Shown: positions 1-7,107, counted from the stretch's first letter. The stretch is 64,000 bases of DNA from Methylococcales bacterium (GCA_003584875.1 QVQD01000200.1:824-64823); one strand, 5' to 3'. The notes: generated by a model not told the origin, from the letters alone. A program made the numbers and translations.

Positions 1-203
1 TTATCCACGAAGTATTATGGATGAATATCTAGCGCTACCACATAATAATTCAGACACATTAACTTAGTCATTACAGTAAAAATATGCCTGAGCACGGCAC
101 TTGACGTTGTCGTTGCGGTGACTGCCTATTACACCCAACGAAATATTTATAGCTTAAAGAATCACTATGATTAATGACTATAATGGATAATTAAGGTGTT
201 TTG

Positions 204-634
204 ATGCACAGATATGAAGTTGATGTCATAAAATGGGCTAATGAACAGGAAGAATATATTCGTTCTGGTCGATTTGATTTGCAAGATCTTGAGTATATAG
301 CAGATGAGATAGAAGATGTGGGAAAAATTGAACAACCCGAATTTGAAAGTAGGGTGGCTATATAGCTTGCGCATTTAATTAAAGGGCAATGTTAGCCAAG
401 TCATAGAAGTAAAAGTTGGGAGTGAACCATAAAAGAGCAGCGTACTATGATTATGCGTAGGCTCATCAAAACCCCGAGTTAAAACCAGAGCTTGAAAATC
501 CTGATTTTTGGTTGGAGGCCTGGACTGACGGCACTCGAATAGCAGAAAATTAAACAGCAATATTAAATATGTTTCCTGAGTCTTGTCTATGGAACTTTGT
601 TGTAATGACTAATGCTGATTTTTGGCGAATCTAA
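204..634 (+). pseudogene. DUF29-family gene remnant, with 4 in-frame stops and one 1-nt deletion
   Basis: My own translation gives MHRYEVDVIKWANEQEEYIRSGRFDLQDLEYIADEIEDVGK..RVAI*LAHLIKGQC*PSHRSKSWE*TIKEQR...KTPS. After a -1 shift at ~479/480 it continues LKPELENPDFWLEAWTDGTRIAEN*TAILNMFPESCLWNF..NADFW. This is colinear with the DUF29 pattern as I recall it (YExDxxxW...LLAHLLKWQYQP..RSxSW..TIxEQR...FPEECPW). Stops are at 363, 393, 423 and 551. Confidence 0.7.
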
Positions 635-857
635 TAGTATGTGACTGGTCCCAATTACATTTTTTATATATAGTTTTGTCATGTATGTTCAAGCCAACAT
701 TTGTGAAGATGAAAAGAGCCATTTATGGTTTAAGCCTAAAAGCCTCCTTACTTGATAATAACAGTTAAAATTTACGCTTATCACCACGATGGCTAGGAAC
801 TATTTCTTTCTATCCATTATAATAAGTACCAACCCCAATATTTTTAAAGAGTAAACG

Positions 858-1427
858 ATGAACATTCAAACATGGCTACAAGCCAAATATTTACCTATCT
901 CGCTTATTGCCCTGATGGTTTTGACGCGATTTGAACATTTTGGTGGTGCTTTGCATCTTCCAGATGCCTCTTTAGCCGTGTTCTTTTTTGCTGGTCTTTT
1001 TCGTAAAAAAGCTTTGTTATTATTTCTATTGGCCCTGGCGGCTTTAATTGATGTGGCTGCTATTCAAAATGGAACGAGTAGTTACTGTCTCTCGCCGGCT
1101 TATGTATTTTTGATCCCTACTTATAGTGTTATGTTTTTTGCCGGTCAATATTGTGCGAAATTTAAATCATTAAGTTTAAGTTCATTAAGCATTCAACTTA
1201 GCGCTGTATGGGTTTCGGCTAGTGTTGCCTTCGGTATTTCAAATTACAGCTTTTATTTATTCGCGGGTTTATTTGACGACTTAACTTTGAGTCAGTACGC
1301 GGGACGTGTTACTCAGTTTTATATGCCTTATGTTAGTTCTGTAATGCTGTATGCTGGGTTGTTCTATGCTTTAATGCTTTTAGTTAAGCTTATATCAGCA
1401 CTAAAAACTAATCAAAAGCCTGCTTAA
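858..1427 (+). CDS. Hypothetical polytopic inner-membrane protein (189 aa)
   Basis: Long ORF with about 5-6 hydrophobic segments. I recognise no family motif. Confidence 0.55.
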   Translation: MNIQTWLQAKYLPISLIALMVLTRFEHFGGALHLPDASLAVFFFAGLFRKKALLLFLLALAALIDVAAIQNGTSSYCLSPAYVFLIPTYSVMFFAGQYCAKFKSLSLSSLSIQLSAVWVSASVAFGISNYSFYLFAGLFDDLTLSQYAGRVTQFYMPYVSSVMLYAGLFYALMLLVKLISALKTNQKPA

Positions 1428-1666
1428 ATCAATGTTGTTGTTTAGCATAAAAAAGTCATCGTAAAGATTAAGTAGTTTTATACAAGTCTAAGATAATACT
1501 TAGGGTTGGCTATTCGCAGTCCTATACCTTTCCATAAGTTGCTAAGCATGAATACTATTACTATAGAGTTTTTATTTTTAGCGGTTGCTAATGAAAACTA
1601 AGCATTCTAATGAAGTGCCATACGATAATTAAACGATAGATGTGCAAGTTGTCATTTCTCTTGAAC

Positions 1667-1695
1667 TTGACAACAACTAGTTTCTAACGTATTTT
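1667..1695 (+). promoter_or_regulatory. Candidate sigma70 promoter (TTGACA-N17-TATTTT) overlapped by an 8-bp inverted repeat AGTTGTCA/TGACAACT
   Basis: Perfect -35 hexamer at 1667-1672, a 17-nt spacer and an AT-rich -10-like hexamer at 1690-1695. The inverted repeat spans ~1647-1678. Confidence 0.3.
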
Positions 1696-1729
1696 TACTA
1701 AAATTTATAAGCTGACCGGATAACCGGAA

Positions 1730-1762
1730 GCCAGTGCGCCTTAGGGCCACTGGCTTTTTTTT
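1730..1762 (+). terminator. Rho-independent terminator (GCCAGTG..CACTGGC followed by T8)
   Basis: GC-rich hairpin at 1730-1754 followed by TTTTTTTT at 1755-1762. It sits 300 bp after the previous stop codon and ~150-210 bp before the cysE start candidates. Confidence 0.75.
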
Positions 1763-1907
1763 GGCCAAAATTTTACTAATTCATTGAAGTTTGTAGTCGA
1801 GACTGTAGTTCATAGTTACGGCATAGGTATTACTACGAATTGAGTAGTTTCTTAATACTTATATCTTGCTCAGAAATAAAACGTATGACGAATAAAAACA
1901 AAGGAAC

Positions 1908-2912
1908 TTGGATGTCACAAGGAAACCAAGACAGCGTGCAATTTATGGGGGTTACTCCTCAGGTATGCACAGCATGAATAATTTAAGTTTTCACGCTATC
2001 AAACACGATTTTGGCATTGATGAATTGGTCATCAAACTCCGTGAGTTGCGTGAGCAATCTTTAGAAATTAGGCAGCGCAAAGATAGTCCACCTAAGTTAC
2101 CTTCGCGAAAAGAATTACAAGTCATCATCGACGGATTGGGTGCCGTGCTGTTCCCTAATCGCTTGGGCTCGCCAGATTTAAATGATGAAGGTATTGATTA
2201 TTTTGTCGGATTGACTCTCGATACGCTGTGCCGTGAACTTCACAAACAAATCCGCCGTGAATTGCAATTTGTTTCGGGTCATGCGGAGCCAGATGATGGT
2301 GCTTATGAGCAATCCGTTGCAATTACAGCTGAATTTGTAAAGCGTTTACCTGAAATAAGAGCGTTATTAGACACGGATATACAATCGGCTTACCAAGGTG
2401 ATCCGGCTGCGCGCAGTCCTGATGAAGTTCTAGTTTGTTATCCTGGCATTACCTCTATTTTGCATCATCGTTTTGCTCATGTTTTATATCAATTGGGTGC
2501 GCCACTGGTCGCTCGGATGATTTCAGAGTTAGCGCATTCAGCTACGGGTATTGATATTCATCCCGGTGCGACTATCGATCAAAGTTTTTTTATAGATCAC
2601 GGCACAGGTGTTGTTATCGGTGAAACCGCCATCATAGGTAAGCGTGTGCGTGTCTATCAAGCGGTTACATTAGGTGCTAAACGTTTTCAGAAAGATGATA
2701 ACGGCATGTTGGTTAAAGGGAATGCAAGGCACCCTATCGTTGAAGATGATGTGGTCATTTATGCAGGTGCAACCATTTTAGGACGTATCACCATAGGCAC
2801 TGGCTCAACCATAGGTGGAAATGTCTGGTTAACTCATAGCGTAGCACCCTTCAGCAATATCACCCAGGCCAGTACGCGCAGTGAATTGTTTATTGATGGC
2901 GGTGGTATTTAA
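1908..2912 (+). CDS. cysE: Serine O-acetyltransferase (hexapeptide-repeat, long N-terminal form); the true start is probably ATG 1965 or 1974
   Basis: The C-terminal half has the SAT/left-handed beta-helix signature DIHPGATIDQSFFIDHGTGVVIGETAIIGKRVRVYQAVTLGA. The track start at 1908 is a TTG with a poorly spaced SD. Confidence 0.85.
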   Translation: MDVTRKPRQRAIYGGYSSGMHSMNNLSFHAIKHDFGIDELVIKLRELREQSLEIRQRKDSPPKLPSRKELQVIIDGLGAVLFPNRLGSPDLNDEGIDYFVGLTLDTLCRELHKQIRRELQFVSGHAEPDDGAYEQSVAITAEFVKRLPEIRALLDTDIQSAYQGDPAARSPDEVLVCYPGITSILHHRFAHVLYQLGAPLVARMISELAHSATGIDIHPGATIDQSFFIDHGTGVVIGETAIIGKRVRVYQAVTLGAKRFQKDDNGMLVKGNARHPIVEDDVVIYAGATILGRITIGTGSTIGGNVWLTHSVAPFSNITQASTRSELFIDGGGI

Positions 2913-3173
2913 TTAAGTCGATTATGTATTGATGTAACGAAGTAGAGGCAATCGAACAGCCTTTTCTTTGGATATTTTCTAAAGGCTGCGCAAAAGAAAG
3001 TAATTCGCCCTCGGGTCACTGCCATTAAGTAAAGGATTGATTGCATCTACAAATACTTAAGTCAATGGTTGTGCGCCCTCGGGTTCGATTACCCGATTAA
3101 AAATTAATCGCGATAGCGATCTGATTAATTGTTTTTTAAAGCTACAACTGGCTGACTAATTTCTGTTTATAGC

Positions 3174-3251
3174 TAGGTCGGGTTAGTGACAGCGTAACCC
3201 GACATTTCGTAGCCTAATGTGTCGGGTTACGCTATCGCTAACCCGACCTAC
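3174..3251. repeat. REPIN (inverted pair of GTCGGGTTA-N9-TAACCCGAC REP elements)
   Basis: The sequence is taggtcgggttagtgacagcgtaacccgac ... gtcgggttacgctatcgctaacccgacctac. The same unit recurs at 34009, 42418, 46941 and 52737. Confidence 0.8.
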
Positions 3252-3300
3252 TTAACATTTTGTTTTAATCGTTCTTATGCTCTGGCATGAGAACTCAACT

Positions 3301-3320
3301 GGTAACACTTTGATGTTACC
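3301..3320. promoter_or_regulatory. Perfect palindrome GGTAACA-N6-TGTTACC ~55 bp upstream of the encapsulin start; candidate operator
   Basis: Read directly from the sequence. It lies between the REPIN and the shell gene's SD (AGGAAA). No regulator has been identified. Confidence 0.3.
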
Positions 3321-3373
3321 AAAGCGTCGTAGTATTTTTATTCACACATTATTCACTAAAATAGGAAAAAAAC

Positions 3374-4291
3374 ATGTCAGATATCCATGAAGCAAATACC
3401 GCATTAGGCGATGTTGCAGCACGTACCCTTGCCAATGCAACCAAAACCGTCCCTATGCTATCAACCATCAGCCCACGTTGGTTGGTGCATTTATTACAAT
3501 GGAAACCACTAGAAGCCGGTATTTATAGAGTCAATAAAGTTAAGAATGTCGGTGATCTTCATGTTGATTGTTCTAGCCTTGATGAGAAAGAACTGCCACA
3601 AACTTTCGTTGATTATGAAGAATGGGGTCGTGAATATCGATTGAATGCAGTGAATACTGTGTTGGACGTGCATACCCGTATTTCTGATTTATATAGTAGC
3701 CCACATAACCAAATTCATGAACAACTCCGTTTAACTATAGAAACCATTAAAGAGCGTCAAGAAAGTGAGCTCATTAATAATGCTGAATATGGTTTGTTGA
3801 ACAATGTCGCACCGGGTTTTAAAGTACAACCACGTACGGGTGCGCCTACACCTGATGATATGGATGAGTTGATTTCACGCGTTTGGAAGGAGCCAGGATT
3901 TTTCTTAGCGCATCCTTTAGCGATCGCCGCTTTTGGTCGTGAATGTACTCGTCGCGGCGTGCCACCTGCTATTGTCACAATGTTTGGTTCACAATTCTTG
4001 ACTTGGCGCGGCTTACCTATCATTCCATCTGATAAGCTGAAAGTTGTTAATGGCAAAAGTAATATTTTGTTGTTACGTACCGGTGAAAGTCGTCAAGGTG
4101 TGGTAGGTCTTTATCAACCTAATTTGACTGGCGAACTTAGCATGGGACTTTCTGTGCGTTTTATGGGCATCAATCACAAAGCGATTGCCTCTTACTTAAT
4201 TTCATTGTATTGCTCAATAGCGGTGTTGACTGATGATGCGCTAGGCGTGCTCGAAAATGTCGAAGTGGGCAAGTACCATGAATACAAGTAA
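3374..4291 (+). CDS. Family 2A encapsulin shell protein (SrpI-like, HK97-fold nanocompartment)
   Basis: The 305-aa ORF contains DVAARTLANATKTVP, SPRWLVHLLQWKPLEAGIYRVNKV, DVHTRISDLYSSPHNQIHEQLRLTIE, PTPDDMDELISRVWKEP.FFLAHP.AIAAFGRECTRRGVPP and GLSVRFMGIN...SLYCSIAVLTDDAL. From memory these are near-identical in SrpI-type shells. The size implies there is no cNMP-binding insertion (2A rather than 2B). Flanking genes are cysE and an NTD-extended cysteine desulfurase. Confidence 0.85.
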   Translation: MSDIHEANTALGDVAARTLANATKTVPMLSTISPRWLVHLLQWKPLEAGIYRVNKVKNVGDLHVDCSSLDEKELPQTFVDYEEWGREYRLNAVNTVLDVHTRISDLYSSPHNQIHEQLRLTIETIKERQESELINNAEYGLLNNVAPGFKVQPRTGAPTPDDMDELISRVWKEPGFFLAHPLAIAAFGRECTRRGVPPAIVTMFGSQFLTWRGLPIIPSDKLKVVNGKSNILLLRTGESRQGVVGLYQPNLTGELSMGLSVRFMGINHKAIASYLISLYCSIAVLTDDALGVLENVEVGKYHEYK

Positions 4292-6293
4292 GGTTGAGCC
4301 GACTCATTTAGCACAGCAAGACTTTACTGAGCATGCCGCTTTACCCGATATTGAGCAAATAACAAAATTGGCTAATGAATTATTTACTGCCTTACCTTGT
4401 GATGGCTCAAGATTGGGTCAGGCCTCTAGTTTGATACCTAGTGGCTTGACGTCATCTACAGAGTCAGTGGCAAGTCAGCAGAATTTTGCTTTTCAAGGAG
4501 ATGCTGTGTTGCAAAAGTTTTTTGCAAAGTCAGCCTCTCCTTATCATCAAGTACCCGATAGTTTGGATACCAGCCCTGTATTCCCTGATAACTCAGCGAA
4601 TACCAGTGCTGGTTTAGCGAGTTTAGATAAATCTGTACTGGCAGGCATTTTACCCAATGATTTCGGCTTGCCTGATGAAGCCCAATTACAGCAATTATTG
4701 GTATCGCGTGTGTTCACTGGAAGCGGTGTTCCTAGTTTGGATGCCGTTGAACAGTTTTCTGCGCCTAGACCACAGGATTCTGATGCGCAGTTGCAAAAAT
4801 TATTTTCTGACAACGCGCCTGCAACAGAGCGTTTTTCTAGTAATGTGGCAGGTATACCAGAGCCTGCTCAGGTATATTCAGGATTTGATGCTAGCTTGAT
4901 TGCAGGGCTTTCACCTAAAGCTTATGGTCTGCCTGGTGAAGATGAGTTGCAGCAATTATTTGCAACGTCTCCAAAAACTCCTGTTAGTGCTAGTTCTGGT
5001 TCATCATTCTATTTTCTCGATGAAATCAAATCTGAAGGTTTTAATGCACCTGCGCTTAATTCGGGTCATCCGGCATTTGATGTGCAAGCGGTACGCCGTG
5101 ACTTTCCAATATTAAAGGAACGGGTTAATGGCCATCCTTTAGTTTGGTTTGACAATGCGGCCACTACACAAAAACCGCAATCAGTGATTGATAGAGTTTC
5201 GTATTTTTATGAACACGAAAATTCTAATATTCACCGTGCAGCTCATGAATTGGCGGCAAGGTCTACCGATGCTTATGAAAAAGCTAGGGATACCGTTGCG
5301 CATTTTATGAATGCCTCGTCTTCATCGGAGATAGTGTTTGCGCGTGGTACCACGGAAGCGATCAATTTAGTCGCTAAAAGTTGGGGTCAGCAAAATATCA
5401 AAGCGGGTGATGAGATCGTTGTAACTTGGTTAGAGCATCATGCCAATATTGTGCCTTGGAAACAGCTTTGTGACTTAACGGGTGCGACTTTGCGGGTAGT
5501 GCCTGTTGATGATGATGGTCAGGTGTTGTTAGGCGAATACCAAAAGTTGCTGACTGCGCGCACCAAGTTAGTGTCATTTACGCAGGTTTCTAATGCTTTA
5601 GGTACGGTTACGCCGGCTAAAGTAATGATCGACATGGCTCATCGCGTTGGCGCTAAAGTTCTGCTTGATGGCGCTCAGTCAGTGTCACATTTACGTGTGG
5701 ATGTTCAGGCGTTGGATTGTGATTGGTTTGTGTTCTCTGGACATAAAATCTTTGGTCCTACTGGTATTGGTGTGTTGTATGGTAAAGCCGTGTTATTGGA
5801 ATCCATGCCACCTTGGCAAGGCGGCGGCAATATGATTGAAGATGTGACTTTTGATAAAATCATCTATCAACCTGTGCCCGCTCGTTTTGAAGCCGGTACT
5901 GGCAATATCGCTGATGCAGTCGGTTTAGGCGCTGCTTTGGAATACGTGTCAAAAATAGGTATCGATAATATCGCCCGTTATGAACATGAATTGCTGGTGT
6001 ATGCGATGGAGGCACTGCGCAGTATTTCTGGCTTACGTTTGATTGGTACAGCGGCAGAAAAAACCAGTGTCTTATCTTTCGTGCTAGCAGGGCATAGCAA
6101 TCAAGATATCGGTGTCGCTTTAAACCGAGTGGGTATTGCTGTTCGTACTGGACACCATTGCGCACAACCGATTTTGCGTCGTTTTGGTCTAGAAAGCACA
6201 GTACGTCCCTCCTTAGCGTTTTACAACACTCACGACGAAGTTGATTTGCTCGTTAGTACAGTAAGACGCATTCAAAGCGGTAAGGATTTTTAG
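4257..6293 (+). CDS. Encapsulin cargo: SufS-like (class V) cysteine desulfurase with a ~270-aa disordered N-terminal loading domain; alternative start at ATG 4278
   Basis: The C-terminal ~400 aa has WFDNAATTQKP, HRAAHELA, the PLP lysine in FSGHKIFGPTGIGVLYG and the catalytic Cys in RTGHHCAQP. The N-terminal 270 aa is rich in P/S/A/Q/L, contains a KLANELF motif and has internal duplications. The ORF overlaps the shell gene stop by 14-35 nt. Confidence 0.85.
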   Translation: MSKWASTMNTSKVEPTHLAQQDFTEHAALPDIEQITKLANELFTALPCDGSRLGQASSLIPSGLTSSTESVASQQNFAFQGDAVLQKFFAKSASPYHQVPDSLDTSPVFPDNSANTSAGLASLDKSVLAGILPNDFGLPDEAQLQQLLVSRVFTGSGVPSLDAVEQFSAPRPQDSDAQLQKLFSDNAPATERFSSNVAGIPEPAQVYSGFDASLIAGLSPKAYGLPGEDELQQLFATSPKTPVSASSGSSFYFLDEIKSEGFNAPALNSGHPAFDVQAVRRDFPILKERVNGHPLVWFDNAATTQKPQSVIDRVSYFYEHENSNIHRAAHELAARSTDAYEKARDTVAHFMNASSSSEIVFARGTTEAINLVAKSWGQQNIKAGDEIVVTWLEHHANIVPWKQLCDLTGATLRVVPVDDDGQVLLGEYQKLLTARTKLVSFTQVSNALGTVTPAKVMIDMAHRVGAKVLLDGAQSVSHLRVDVQALDCDWFVFSGHKIFGPTGIGVLYGKAVLLESMPPWQGGGNMIEDVTFDKIIYQPVPARFEAGTGNIADAVGLGAALEYVSKIGIDNIARYEHELLVYAMEALRSISGLRLIGTAAEKTSVLSFVLAGHSNQDIGVALNRVGIAVRTGHHCAQPILRRFGLESTVRPSLAFYNTHDEVDLLVSTVRRIQSGKDF

Positions 6294-6307
6294 TTAGGTA
6301 ATCTTGC

Positions 6308-6332
6308 ATCGGGCACAGTTTGTGTGCCCGAT
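6308..6332 (+). terminator. Terminator-like hairpin after the desulfurase gene (ATCGGGCAC-N7-GTGCCCGAT, no U tract)
   Basis: Perfect 9-bp stem 15 nt after the stop codon. The lack of a T-run lowers confidence. Confidence 0.4.
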
Positions 6333-6401
6333 ATAGAGCATCAAGTATATATTTGCTAGCTCTGCTAATAAACCACTTATGCTAGCCAATGAAGCGCTTC
6401 A

Positions 6402-6611
6402 ATACAGGAATATAGGTTCAGCATACCAGTTTCTATAGTTCCGATACGGGAATTTCAGTCTGTGATACCGGAATGGATATTCTCGATACAGGATTAAGAC
6501 TTCGTTATACCAGAATCAATGGTTGAAGTATGGGGATTAGTATTCGACATACAAGAATCGATGGCGTCAATACAGGAATCAAAGCTCGTAATACAGGGTT
6601 TAGAGACTGTG
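6402..6611. repeat. Array of 10 direct repeats with exact 21-bp phasing; each unit has a conserved 10-nt core ATAC[ACG][AG]GAAT and an 11-nt variable segment
   Basis: Cores start at 6402, 6423, 6444, 6465, 6486, 6507, 6528 (degenerate), 6549, 6570 and 6591. Confidence 0.85.
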
Positions 6612-6695
6612 AAAGTATATTTGTGGGAGAGGCTTTAGCTTTGAATCCAAAGCTAAAATGAAAATCGCATTATCGTTATATGTCACTCCGGAGGG

Positions 6696-6896
6696 CATAG
6701 GTATCTACACAAGTTTCTTATCGGCGTGGAAACGATAAAAAACACCGTAGGGGCGTATTGCATACGCCCAACATCGACAGTCCATTGTTATAGAGCTTAT
6801 TTTATAAGGGCGTATGCAATACGCCCCTACGATCTTTACCACAATGTTATCGTTCTCGCCTGGGAATGCTAACAATTAATTGTGCAGATACCTATG
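6696..6896. mobile_element. MITE-like element, copy A (201 bp; 17-bp TIR CATAGGTATCTACACAA; internal GTAGGGGCGTATTGCATACGCCC REPIN)
   Basis: The terminal inverted repeats and nearly the whole element are self-complementary. Near-identical copies are at 6906-7107 and 45144-45344. Confidence 0.75.
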
Positions 6897-6905
6897 GCTA
6901 AAGAG

Positions 6906-7107
6906 CATAGGTATCTAAACAGGTTTCTTATCGGCGTGGAAACGATAAAAAACACCGTAGGGGCGTATTGCATACGCACATTTAATGAAAGTCTATATGT
7001 TATAGAGCATATTTTATAAGGGCGTATGCAATACGCCCCTACGATCTTCACCACAATGTTTTCGTTCTCGCGTGGGAATGCTAACCATTATTTTTTAGAT
7101 ACCTATG
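6906..7107. mobile_element. MITE-like element, copy B, in tandem with copy A (9-bp spacer)
   Basis: Same architecture as copy A with a few substitutions. The ORFs at 6869-7054(-) and 7026-7223(+) lie inside the repeats. Confidence 0.75.

Noticed and set aside
1-12. TTATCCACG at the window start as a DnaA box or origin
   Set aside because: It is a single imperfect box at a window edge, with no cluster, no AT-rich unwinding element and no dnaA/gidA context.
171-560. Two minus-strand ORFs from the track (67 and 61 aa)
   Set aside because: They are antisense to a clearly recognisable, though decayed, DUF29 frame on the plus strand, and their sequences are low-complexity and hydrophobic. They are artefacts.
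64-612. 11-nt inverted repeat GTAATGACTAA flanking the DUF29 remnant, as possible TIRs
   Set aside because: It is a single short match that could arise by chance at this scale. The right copy lies inside the DUF29 coding frame.
3270-3300. TGGCAT-containing sequence upstream of the shell gene as a sigma-54 promoter
   Set aside because: The GG-N10-GC spacing is not satisfied (TGGCATGAGAACTCA lacks the -12 GC element).
3757-6165. Track ORFs nested in or antisense to the encapsulin and desulfurase genes (3757-4056, 4547-4813, 4657-4899, 4900-5115, 5647-5835, 5860-6165)
   Set aside because: Each lies entirely within a longer ORF that has strong family motifs. None has its own motif or an SD context.
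6402-6611. The 21-bp array as a CRISPR array
   Set aside because: The conserved core is only ~10 nt and the variable part 11 nt, far below CRISPR repeat and spacer sizes. There is no palindromic repeat and there are no cas genes in the window.
6402-6611. The 21-bp array as an intact heptad-repeat coding sequence
   Set aside because: All six frames contain stops within the array. The best frame (minus strand) has two stops, is closed by a TAA just upstream, and lacks a start. At most it is a coding relic, and I mention it as an alternative in the finding.
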